From: Felis catus
Taxonomy: Eukaryota
Assembly (NCBI RefSeq): GCF_018350175.1
Contig: NC_058368.1
Span: forward strand, 179,368,001 to 179,432,000
Reading direction: 5' to 3'
Length of the DNA: 64,000 nt
The notes under the pieces are model-generated. The model was given only the letters and a program-made list of their open reading frames with translations, was not told the origin of the DNA and made no database searches. The position numbers and the translations under genes were made by a program. Below, piece after piece: positions 24,440 to 35,985 of this stretch; the first letter of the stretch is position 1, and each line of letters starts with the position of its first letter.

Positions 24440-24600
24440 GAGTTCATTCTCTATCTCCACTCTTACATTGTTTTTCAGTTCCCACCATCTTGCACCTGGA
24501 CTAGGAAATAGCTTTTTAATGATTCTTACTGATTCCTGTCTTGACTTTCTCTAATTCATTCTCCACAAGGCAGCAGGGATGCATTTTTTAAAAATGTACA
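24440..24600 (+). mobile_element. L2 fragment (continues near 31860)
   Basis: accatcttgcacctggactagg...attcattctccacaaggcagcagggatgcattttttaaaaatg. Confidence 0.7.
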
Positions 24601-24604
24601 TCCA

Positions 24605-24785
24605 GGGGCACCTGTGTGGCTCAGTTGGTCAAGTGGCTGACCATTGATTTTGACTCAGGTCATGAACTCACTGTTCATGAGTTTGAGTCCCACATTGGGC
24701 TCTGTGCTGACAGCACAGGGCCTGCTTGGGATTCTCTGCCTCTCTCTCCTTCTCTCTCTCTCAAAAATAAATAAACATTTTTTTT
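24605..24785 (+). mobile_element. Can-SINE
   Basis: TSD aaatgtacatcca (24592-24604, 24786-24798). Confidence 0.96.
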
Positions 24786-24798
24786 AAATGTACATCCA

Positions 24799-24898
24799 AC
24801 AAAAGGCTACTTACTGTATGATTTCCTGTATATGACATAGAAAAGGCAAAACTAGAAAGAAAGAGAGAAAGAAAGGAAGGAAGGAAGGAAGGAAGGAA

Positions 24899-24948
<50 letters not shown>

Positions 24949-25152
24949 AACAGTATTTTCCAATGTCTAGGCAGGGGATTAACTCTGCAAAGGGGAAAAG
25001 GGAAACTTTTTGGGGAGTGATAGAAATGTTCTATATCTTGATTGTGACATTGGTTATATGAGTATAGGCATTGCCAAAACTCATCAATCTATGTACTTAA
25101 AAAGGTCGATTTCATTGTATGTAAGTCACAATAAACCTGACTTTAAAAAAAA
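24799..25152 (+). mobile_element. Old L1 3' UTR fragment with compound (GGAA)n/(GAAA)n microsatellite (about 24856-24950)
   Basis: tactgtatgatttcc...aaaaggcaaaacta; gtgatagaaatgttctatatcttgattgtg...aataaacctgac. Confidence 0.8.
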
Positions 25153-25266
25153 ATGTCAAAAAGTGTAAAAATCTCCAGTCTTAGGGCTTGTCTTTATTTG
25201 GCTGATGCAAAGATCTGCTGTCTTTGAACAACCTTATCCCTAGGAAATTTGTCAAAAACAGTGACA

Positions 25267-25503
25267 GGGTGCCTGGGTGGCTCAGTTGTTTAAGTGTCCA
25301 ATATCGGCTCAGGTTATGATCTCATGGTTTGTGAGTCCCAGGCCCACATTGGGCTGTCTGCTGTAAGCACAGAGCCCATTTCAGATCCTGATCCTATGTC
25401 TCCCTCTCTCTCTGCCCCTTCCCCACTCTCTGTCTCTCTGTCACTATTTCTCTCTCTCTCAGTCTCTCTCTCTCTCTCTCAATAATAAATAAACATTTAA
25501 AAA
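25267..25503 (+). mobile_element. Can-SINE with a long CT tract
   Basis: Head gggtgcctgggtggctcag; approximate TSD aaaacagtgaca / aaatcagtggca. Confidence 0.95.
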
Positions 25504-26391
25504 ATCAGTGGCAATTGTTTAACATGAGAGTTGCCTGTGGTGGAAATATCCGTTGAGGCTAACAAGAAACTTTCAGACAAAAAACTTATCAATCCATAAG
25601 GAATAAAATGTAAAAATTATAAACATATACACCTAATATGGTTAGGAGCTGAAAATACATGAAGCGAAAAATTGGGGAATGAGATGTCCATGAAGGAATT
25701 TGAAAACCTGAGACATATTCCTAGGAATCTAGAAGCCCTGCATATATGCAGGGCAGTGCACATACCCAGAAAAGACATTAGAAGACCTGAATCACACCTC
25801 TGAGGAGATGTTAATCACACCTCTGGCTGATCTTGAGGACATGTACAATCAGAAAGTGAAAATTAAGGCAGAATTTTCAGCTGCCTGTTGGAGTATTGAA
25901 ATCATGCCCCCAATAAACACAGAAAACCTCTTGATAAAGGCTGAGAAATACATTGACTCAAGACATTTAAGTAAATATCTGTCAAATCATTAGTTGAACA
26001 CTAAGTTAACCAAGCAGAGACTTCAGCAGCTCTACACAATAAAGAATAAAGACTTTATAGAACTAGTCCTGGAAAGCTACTAAACAAATAGCAATAATGA
26101 CAAACTCTGGAAGGGGGATGGATCTGATTTTTAGAGTTGTTAGATGTATTATTGAAATTGTTCCTTTTCCAACAAAAGAAATGATGAATGCAAAGAAATG
26201 GAAAGTACGGCCCAAAAACAAGGAAAAAAGAAGTGAATACAAACTTCCATGAGGAATCCCAGACATTGGGCTAACTGGTTAAATACTTTAAATCAGCTGC
26301 TATGAATAAGTTCAAAGAAATAAAGGAAACCATGTAAAAATAAAGTGTGAAAATGATATTTTCTAAATGGAGAATATCAATAAGAGATATA

Positions 26392-26613
26392 TTTTTTTTA
26401 ATTTTTTTTCAACGTTTTATTTATTTTTGGGACAGAGAGAGACAGAGCATAAATGGGGGAGGGGCAGAGAGAGAGGGAGACACAGAATCGGAAACAGGCT
26501 CCAGGCTCTGAGCCATCAGCCCAGAGCCTGATGCGGGGCTCGAACTCACGGACCGCGAGATCGTGACCTGGCTGAAGTCGGACGCTCAACCGACTGCGCC
26601 ACCCAGGCGCCCC
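26392..26613 (-). mobile_element. Young cat-type Can-SINE inside L1 ORF1
   Basis: Near-consensus, CpG-rich. Confidence 0.97.
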
Positions 26614-27554
26614 ATAAATTATTTTTAAAAATAAATATTCTGGAGTTGAAAGATACAATAACAAATGAAAAATCCACTAGAGGAGCTTAAGAGCACATTT
26701 GAGCTAGGAGAAGAAAGAATCATCAAAACTGAAGATCGATCATTTGTGACATTAACTAGTTTGAGGAACAGAAAGGAAAAAGAATGAAGAAAAAAGAACA
26801 GAGCCTCAGAAACCTATGGGAAATATCAAGCCTACAAACATACACAAAATGGAATCCTAGAAGGAGAGGAGAAGGAGAAAGAGAAGAAATAGTATCTGAA
26901 GTAACAGTTGCCAAAAATTTTTCAACTTTGGTGAAAACCATGAATCTACATATTCAAGATGCTCAATGAATCCAAGTAGAAAAAACTCAGGGATATGTAC
27001 CTAACTATATAATAACCAAACTATTGAAAGACAAAGAGAAAATCTTGAAAGAAGTAATAGAAAAAGAACTCACCATGTACAAATGATCTTCAATAATAAT
27101 TAAAACTGATTTCTGTTCAGAACCTCCTATGGAGGCCAGAAAGCAGTGGGATGACATATTCAAAGTGTCAAAAGAAAAGACTGTGAACTAGGAATTCTAT
27201 AACCAGAAAATTATTCTTCAATAATGAAGAGAAGTTAGATAATTTTCAGATAATAAAAACAGAGAATTTGTTATTAGCAGATATGACCTACAAGAAATGC
27301 TAAAAGGTGTCCTTCAGGCTGAAATAAAAGGACACTAGACAGTTACTTGAATTCACACAAAGATATAAAGTTTGTAATGTATATCAAAGCTAATACATGT
27401 ATAAATGTGTAATTTTTATGACCATAAAAGCATGAATAAAGGGAAAGAAATGAAGCTTTATTGGAGGAATTTTTTTTGTATGATATTGAAAATAAGTCAG
27501 TATTACTCTAATTTGTTTTAGGTTAAGATGCTACGGCAACCACTAAGACTAACA

Positions 27555-27589
<35 letters not shown>

Positions 27590-30500
27590 AATGATACTAT
27601 ATATTATATATAATAATAAATACATAACATCATGTTTATATATGACAATGAAATTAAAATGATATGTGAGTAAATATGTATTTAACACAAAAGAAGGCAA
27701 TAATGGAGGACTAGAAACAAAAAGAACATAAAACATATAGTAAACAAAGAGCAAAATGGCAAATGTAAATCCTAGCTTATCAGTAATTATATTAACTGTA
27801 AATAGACTAAACACTAATTAAGAGGCAGAGATTGACAAAATGGATTTTTTAAAAATACGACTGTATACTATCTAAAAGAGACACATTTAAACATAAAATA
27901 CATACAAAATAATAAAAAAATGAAAAGAGATATCATGCAAATGATAACTAAAGAGAACTGAGGGAAAGGATTATATTAAAACAAGATAAAATAGACTTTA
28001 AGACAAAAAGTATCACTAGAGACAAGGAGGATTTTGTAATGGTATAAGTGTCAATCCATAAGGGAGAAAATGTAAAAATTATAAACATATACACCTAACA
28101 ATGGAGCTGAAAATACATGAAAACAGCCAATTATAAAGAGAAAAAGATAATTCAACAATAAGAGTTGGAGATTTTAATATCTACATTAATAGATAGAACA
28201 ACTATATAGAAAATCAAATAGATATACAAAAATTGAACAACACTATAAGCCAACTAGATCTAACAGATATCTATAGAACACTACCCAACAAGAGTAGAAT
28301 AGACCATCTTCTTAAGCACAGGGTAGAACATATTTTAGGCCATAAAAGAAGTAAAAAAATTTTAAAAGGATTGAAAACATACAAATTATGTTCTCTGACC
28401 ACAATGGAATGAAATTAGAAATCATTAACAAAAGTAGATTTGAGGATTTCACAAATATGTGGAAATTATACACTGTGCTCCTAAATAACCAGTGGATCAA
28501 CGAATAAGTCACAAGGAATATTAGAAAATTATTTGAGATGAATGAAATAAAAACACAGAATACCAAAACTATGGTATATAGTAAAAAGCAGTACTTAGAG
28601 GAAAATTTTACCTTTAACTTTTTATATTAAAGAAGATCTTAAATCAAGAGCCTAAACTACCACTTTAAGAAACTAGAAGAAAGAAGAGCAAACTAAAACC
28701 AAAGCTATGAGAAGGAAAACTATAATTAAGATGAGAGTTGAAGTTAATAATTACAAAAACAATAAAGAAAATTCATAAAGCCGAAAATTGGTTCTTTCAA
28801 AAGATCAATAAAATTGACAGACTTTTAGCCAAACTGATCAAGGAAAAAAAAAAGGACTCAAATTATTTAATTCAGGAAAGAAAATAGGAGGCACCACTAC
28901 TGAACTTACAGATATAAAAAAGTAGTATAAGAGAATAGTGTGAACAATTGTATGAAATGAAATAAAAAAAATCATAGAAAGACACAAACTACTAAAACTG
29001 ACTTAAAAAGAAATAGACAATTTTAATAGGCCTACAGTAAGTAAGTGGAATGGATTACTAATAAAATGTGTTTTTTTTTTTCACAAAGAAAAGCTCAGGC
29101 ATGGATGATTTTGCTATTGAATTCTACCATATGTCTAAAAAGAATACTAATCATTTGCAAATTCTCCCAAAAAGGAGAAGGAGCAGGAACACTTTCTTAT
29201 GTATTCTATGAAGCCAGTATTATTCTGATACCAAAACCAGACAAAGACATTACAAGAAAACCACAGAGTAATATCCCTTATGAATATGAATGCAAAAACT
29301 GCTCAACAACATACCATCAAACTGAATCCAGCAACATATTTAAACTATTATACACTATGACCAAGTGTGATTTATCTTAAGAATGAAAATTTGGCTTAAC
29401 ATATAAAAATAAATTAATGCAATATATCATATTAACAGAATATATAACAGAAATGTAACAATACCTTTGACTCAAAAAAGGCATTGACAAAATAGTACAC
29501 ATGATAAAAATACCTAACAAAGTAGTAATTGAAGGCAACTTCCTCAGCCCGATAAAGGACTTCTATAAAATACACATTTCTAACATCATATTTAATGATG
29601 AAAGACTTAAAACCTTATCCCTAGGGTCAGGCATAACAGAAAGATGGTCTACTCTTTCCACTTACATTCAGCACTGTTTTAGAGATTCTAGTCTGGGCAA
29701 TTAAGAAACACACACACACACACACACACACATCCTTATGCTATTGGAATTAAGAAAAGAGTTCAGCAAGATTACAGGTATAAGATCAATGTATAAAAAT
29801 CAGTTGTATTTCTGTAAACTAATGAACAATCTAAAATGAAATTTAAAAATCCCATTTGCAGTGCCTCAAACAGAATAAAGTACATTAAGCGTCATTTTAA
29901 CAAAAGAAGTACAAGATATGCACACTGAAAAATGCAAAACACTGTTGAAAGAAATCAAAGAAGACATAAATAAATGAAAAATCATGCTGTATTCATGGTT
30001 TATAAGACTTAAGATGGCAATACTTTCCAAATTGATCTACAGATTCAACACTATCTCTATCAAAATTCCAGTTGGCTTCTTTTCAAATATTGACATGCTA
30101 AATCTAAAATTCTTGTGCAAGTGCAAGAGAACAACAATATTCAAAAGAACCCTAAAAGAGAAGAACAAAATTGGAGGACTCACACTTCTCAATTTCAAAA
30201 CTTACCACAAATCTACAGTAATCTAGACTGGAGTACTATCATAGGATAGACATATAGATAAGGGAAGGGAATTGCAAATCCATAAATATACTCTCATGTT
30301 TATTATCAAATGATTTTTGACAAGGGTGCTAAGATCATTCAATTGGAAAAGAATAATATTTTTGACAAATGGTATTGGGGCATTCAAAAGATGAAGTGGG
30401 ACTCCTTTCTCATACCACACACAAAAGTTAATTCAAATGGAACATAGACCTAAATGTAAGAGCCAAATCTATCAAACTCTTAAAAACAGAAAATATAAGA

Positions 30501-30614
30501 GTAAATCTTTTTGACCTTGGGTTAGACAAAGCCTTATTAGCTATAGTAACAAAAGCACAAGGAACAAAATTAAAAAATAGGTAAATTGGACTTCATCAAA
30601 AATAAAGCCTTTGT

Positions 30615-30827
30615 GGGGCGCCTGGGTGGCGCAGTCGGTTAAGCGTCCGACTTCAGCCAGGTCACGATCTCGCGGTCCGTGAGTTCGAGCCCTGTGTCAG
30701 GCTTTGGGCTGATGGCTCAGAGCGTGGAGCCTGTTTCCGATTCTGTGTCTCCCTCTCTCTCTGCCCCTCCCCCGTTCATGCTCTGTCTCTCTCTGTCCCC
30801 AAAATAAATAAAATAAATAAATAAATA
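30615..30827 (+). mobile_element. Young cat-type Can-SINE inside L1 ORF2
   Basis: TSD aataaagcctttgt on both sides; (AAAT)n tail. Confidence 0.98.
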
Positions 30828-31859
30828 AATAAAGCCTTTGTGCTTCAAAAGACATCATCAAGAAAACTAAAAGACAACCCCCAGAATGGGAGAAAATATT
30901 TGCAAATAATATATCTGATAGAGGATTGTATCTAGAAAATATAAAGAATTCTTCAAAATGAAAAATAAAAAGTCACCCAATTAAAAATGGGCAAATTATT
31001 TGAAGATTTCTTCAAAGAGCATGTAAAAATGGCCAATAAACACATAGAAGATGCTCAACATCATTAGTCATTATGGACATGTAAATCAAAATCACAATGA
31101 GATACCACTCCATACCCACTAAGATGGCTAAAATTAAAAATTAAACAAGGCAGATAATAACAAGTGTTGGTGAGGATGTGGAGAAATTGGATCATCATAT
31201 ATTGCCAATGGGATTGTAAAATGGTATAGCCATTTTGGAAAATGGTTTGGCAATTCCTTGAAAAGTTAAACATAGAGTCACTGATATTACTCAATAATTC
31301 CACTTTTAGTCATATGCCCAAGATAAATCTAAAAAAAATTCCACACAAACTTTTGTACAAATGTTTATAATAGCATATTTCTACAGCCAAAAAGTAGAAA
31401 CAACTGGAATGTTCATCAACAGATGAATGGGTAAATAAAAAATTCTATCCATACAATGCAATATTATCCAACCATAGAAGGAATGTACTGATACATGCTG
31501 CAAAATGGATAAACTCTGAAAACTATGCTAAGTGACAGAAACCAGACACAAAACGCCACACATCAGATGATTCCATTTATAGGAAATATCCAAAATAGGC
31601 AAATCCACAGAGAAAGTGATCAGTAGTTGCCAGGGTCTGGGAGTAGGGGAGAATGGGGAGTGACTACTAATTGGTACGGAGTTTCTTTCTAAAATAATTA
31701 AAATGTTCTAAAATTAGGTAATGGTAATGGTTGTACAACTCTGTGAACATACTAAGACTACTAAATTGTACACTTTAAAAAGGATGAATTTTGTGGTATA
31801 TGTATTATAGTTTAATAAGGCTATTATTTTTTAATATAAATTAATATTATTCTGAATAC

Positions 31860-32385
31860 ATCTTTTAAGCTGTTCAATAGCTCTCTTCATTCTTAGGATA
31901 AAGTCCAAAGTTTGGCCATGGTCTACACTGTCTTGCCCACACTTCTGAACTGTCTTGTTCCACGTGTTTCTTTCTGAGTATATGCTAGTCACCCTGACCT
32001 ATAATCTGTTCTTTGAATACATGTAGTTTCTACTGCAGTCCTGGCTTTTGCTCTTCCTTCTGCCTGGAATGTCCTTTCCTGCTTTGCCCCTGGCTTTCTC
32101 CATTTTGTTTTTTCTCTATATAAAGTAATTGCTTCTCCTTCCATACATTTTATCACATCATATTTAAAATTTTTCCTTATACATTTACAATCCCCAATCT
32201 TGTTTATATATGTATTTATTTGTGTATTTGCTTATTGACACTCTAGCCTCATCCCTCTACCACAGGATATAGCTTCCTCGGGGAGGACCATCTCTGTCTT
32301 GTTCTTCACTGTATATCTCATTTTGAGAAAAATGTTTGTCCAATAGTTAATGCTCAGTGTATGTTCCTTGAACAAATAAATAAAT
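31860..32385 (+). mobile_element. L2 3' part
   Basis: cttaggataaagtccaaa...ttccttctgcctggaatgtcc...gggaggaccatctctgtcttgttcttcactgtat...tgaacaaataaataaa. Confidence 0.75.
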
Positions 32386-32811
32386 TCTCAAGTATAATGA
32401 GTGACAGATTTGACTCCAGACTTCTCAAAAACAGTACATTTTACACAAGGGCCTTCTCATAAACAAACTTTAGAAATGGTTCCTGAGGAGCCAGATGAGT
32501 GGTCATGTTTTTCCTCTTAATGGCATCAGGAAACCTAGAAGTTCTTGCCTCTTGCCCTTATTTGACATTTCATTCACTGAGCCCCACATTCAGGTATTCT
32601 TTCAGGTGGTAGGAATGCAAAGATGTGGAGCCTGCTCTTGAGGATCTCACATTCTGGGGAGGGAAACATACCTGAACAATTATGAAATAATGCAATAAAT
32701 GCTAATAGAGAGCCACAGGACACTAGGGAAGTACAAACTTGAAGCTGTAAAATCTTGGTTGTAGGAATATGGCTTTAGGGAAGACTTCACTGAAGAGGTT
32801 AAATTTGTAAC

Positions 32812-33066
32812 CAGTGATTCTCAAATTGGGGGTGGGTGTGGTAGGAGAAGTGGTTTTGCCCTGCAGGACACATTTGGCAAGGTCTATAGACACTTTTTTT
32901 TTTTTTTTTTGGCCACAGTTGAAGGCAGAAGAGGTGCTACTACTGGAATCTAGTAGGTAGAGACTAGCATGTTGCTAAACCTCCTACAATGCACAGAACA
33001 GCTCCCACAAAAAAGAATTATATATATGGTCCAAAATGCCAATAGTGCTGAGGCTGAGAAACTCTG
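32812..33066 (+). mobile_element. MER20-like hAT MITE
   Basis: cagtgattctcaa...acatttggcaaggtctatagaca...gttgctaaacctcctacaatgcacag...aatagtgctgaggctgagaaactctg. Confidence 0.88.
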
Positions 33067-33272
33067 ATTAAGACATTAATTATTAATTGTTGCTTAAGCT
33101 GTTATGTGAGAGGCTGCTAGGTAATTTTAGACTGGATGGGTCAGGCTGATAACACTGATCAATCTTACCTGAAACAAAGAGAGATAACTAGTTGTTCTAT
33201 GTCCCCTCATGTAGTAGGGTATGAAATATTCTCACCAAAGCATCAACTCTCAACCTGACCAAGCCTCTAGTA

Positions 33273-33899
33273 CAGCACTGGCTATGTGAAATATGTGAGC
33301 CACATATGTAATTCCAAATTTTCTAATAACCATGCTAAAAAAATTAAAAAAAGTAGATAAAAATTAATTTTAATGATACAGTTGACCCTTGAATAACACA
33401 AGTTTGAACTGTGTGGGCCAATTTACACAGATTTTTACAGTACAGTACTCTAAATATATCTTCTCTTCCTCATGATTTTCTTAATAACATTTTCTTTTCT
33501 CTAGCTTACTTTATAAAAATATGATACAGAATACATATAACTAGAAAATATGTGTTAGTCAATGGTTTGTGTTTTCGGTAAGGCTTCTGGTCAACATTAG
33601 GCTATTGATAGCCAAGTTTGGAGCAAGCCAAAAGTTATACATGAATTTTTTACCATTAGTGGGTCAGCTCACCTACTCCCTGTGTTATTCAAGAATCAAC
33701 TGCATATTTTGTTAAACCCAATATAAACAAAGTGCTATTATTTAAACATTTAGTCATAAACATTATTAATGAGATATTTGACTTTTCTGCACCAAGTCTG
33801 GTATGTATTTTTTTATTAAGAGAACATCTCCATTCAGACTAGCCACATTTCAAGTGCTTAAAAAGCAGCAGCTAGTGGCTACTGTTTTGGATAGAACAG
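33273..33899. mobile_element. MER33/MER3-like hAT MITE
   Basis: gagccacatatgtaatt...tagccacatttcaagtgct...gctagtggctactgttttggatag; 8-bp TSD ctctagta/ctctagaa (33265-33272, 33900-33907). Confidence 0.85.
33379..33702. mobile_element. Tigger2a-like Tc1/mariner MITE
   Basis: 22-bp terminal inverted repeats cagttgacccttgaataacaca / tgtgttattcaagaatcaactg (20/22 match); TA on the left flank, CA on the right. Confidence 0.9.
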
Positions 33900-34879
33900 C
33901 TCTAGAATTAAACACTAATTTGTAGGACAATTAGAGAACAGAGGCATATGTTACACACACTCCAAGGATGTAATCAGAAAAGATCTGGAATGTGGGAAAC
34001 ATTTTAGGACAATGATCTGTTTTCTTTCAAAAATGAAAAAAAGGAGGGGGAGGGAGGTGTTATCAATTTTAAATGACTTACGAAATATACCTGTCAAATA
34101 GACTGTGTGGATTTTGTATGGATCCTAATTTGAACAAAATGACTGTAAAAAATTACATTTTGAACACTAGCTATTTTATTATTTTAAATAGTTATTAATT
34201 TTATTAGGTGTGAAACTGGTATCATGATTACAGTCAAAATCAAACTCCTCTTAAAGACACATACTGAAATATTTACAGATGAAATGAAGCAATGTCTGTG
34301 ACTTGCCTCATGATAATCCACTGGGAAGGGAGAAATGGGTGTGAGTATAGAGGAAACAAGGTTGGCCATGAGCTGGTAATGCTTGAAAGTAGGTGATGGG
34401 TATGTGGGTATTATACTGTCCTCTTTACTTATGTAAATATTTTGAAAAATTAAGATTCAGGAAATATTTTAATAAAAAATTTTTTATGTACATCATTTTA
34501 ACAAATATTGCCTATGGATATGGTTTGTTGCCCTGGTCCATGGTGTGCACATGTGTCTGACACTTGATGGTGGCTTTCCAGAAGGGATCTCTGTCTTCTC
34601 TTCTCCCTTATTCCCCTACAGAAGCCACTTATAGACAGTATTTTCAAAGAGAATTGAAAAGAATCAATGGTTGTACTATTTATTTTCACTTGGGAATCCT
34701 AAGATTTAAAAAAAAAAAAGGGGGCATTCTGGAGATTCTGCATATTCTGTCATTGAGATCAGAGCAGCAATTGAAAGTTGGCATAAAAGTTTATGTCAGG
34801 AACAAAAATAAAAGAGAAACAGAAAGAGAATTGCTTATATTGCTAACCTTCTGAGACAGCGTGCCCCTATTCAACTTAG

Positions 34880-35175
34880 GAAGTGGGTTTTTTTCCCTAA
34901 AAAAAATTTACCCATAGGGTATGATTTTAGGTGGTATAAAAATTGGAACTTTTAAACCTTAATATTATATTTAGTTTATGTGTAGGAAAACAAAAACTAG
35001 CTAGCATAGCAAACTCACAATTATATGGATGATATCAATTAGAACAGGTAGAAAGAAGTATGAAATAATAGATAAGTTTAAGTGAAAACATGAAATAAAA
35101 AATAGTAGCTGGGACACATATATGGCATAAACTCTGAAAGTGATTCACAAATAGGTGAATTTTGGGAAATGCTCA
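34880..35175. mobile_element. Probable ancient hAT-Charlie MITE
   Basis: atgattttaggtggta...ttttgggaaatgct terminus; highly diverged. Confidence 0.4.
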
Positions 35176-35539
35176 ATATAGAGATTTTCTTCTGCTAACC
35201 TGGATCATAGGGGATGAAATTTATTGAAAAGCCCATGGAGAAAAAAATAATACAAAACAACTCAGGCTGAGACATCATTTTAATCGAGTGATTTTCATTA
35301 TGAGAGTGACATATTCCTGGATTAATCTCTTTGTGTTGTGCCAAGACATATTTTTCTATATCTTGTGCCTCCCAGAACGCAAATCTGGTGGGAAATATAA
35401 TGAGAGAAAGGATGGTGGCTTTTGTTTTAGGGGCAACATGTGCTAGGTAAAAAAGTTCTGAGTAGGAGTGGAGACCTGTGCTTACGCATGCTGTATCAGA
35501 TATTAAGTCAACTAGTTTCTTCATTGTTGCCTCCTTATT

Positions 35540-35985
35540 ATCCCAGGGCCCTGTGTGACCTGGTCCCTGCTCTTCTCTAACTTCACCCTGTAAACTACAG
35601 TTTCATGGCCAGCTTTCTGTTCTCCAGCGTGGGAGTCTTATCCTATCTCAAAGCCTTTGCGCTTGCTCTTTCCTCTTTGCCTTCCCAAAGATCTTTGCTT
35701 GACTAGTTTTTTATTACTTCGTCTCAGGTCCAATACTGTTGCTTCCTCTCAGGGTCTTTCTATTGAAAGAACCACTTCTTTATCACATTATCTCGGGTTT
35801 GTTTTTTTTTTTTTTTTTTTTTGTCTTCTTCATAGAAACTAACAGGCCCTGAAATTATGCTATTTGTTTACTTGCTCCATAAAAGAGGAGCCTTGTCTGC
35901 TTTGTTCCCAGTATGTCTCCATCATGTTGAATGGTGTCTGGCACGTAGAAGGAGCTTGGCAAATATTTGTTGAATGAATACATGT
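35540..35985 (+). mobile_element. L2 3' end
   Basis: gcctttgcgcttgctctttcctct...gtgtctggcacgtagaaggagcttggcaaatatttgttgaatgaat. Confidence 0.85.

Larger units (their letters stand above)
25180..31835 (+). mobile_element. Near-full-length decayed old L1 (L1MB-like 3' end): 5' region, ORF1 (about 26100-27330), ORF2 (about 27760-31590), 3' UTR
   Basis: ORF1 remnants (EQSLRNLWEI, NLHIQDAQ), ORF2 remnants (FYEASIILIPKPDKDITRK, KLIYRFNTISIKIP, KNKIGGLTL), 3' end ggttgtacaactctgtgaacatacta...attgtacactttaaaa. The 5' boundary is uncertain. Confidence 0.88.
33100..34480 (+). mobile_element. Old L1 (L1MC-like) 3' fragment hosting nested DNA transposons
   Basis: aacctgaccaagcctctag|aattaaacactaattt continues across the insert; ttttattaggtgtgaaactggtat...catactgaaatatttacagatgaaatga. 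Confidence 0.7.
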
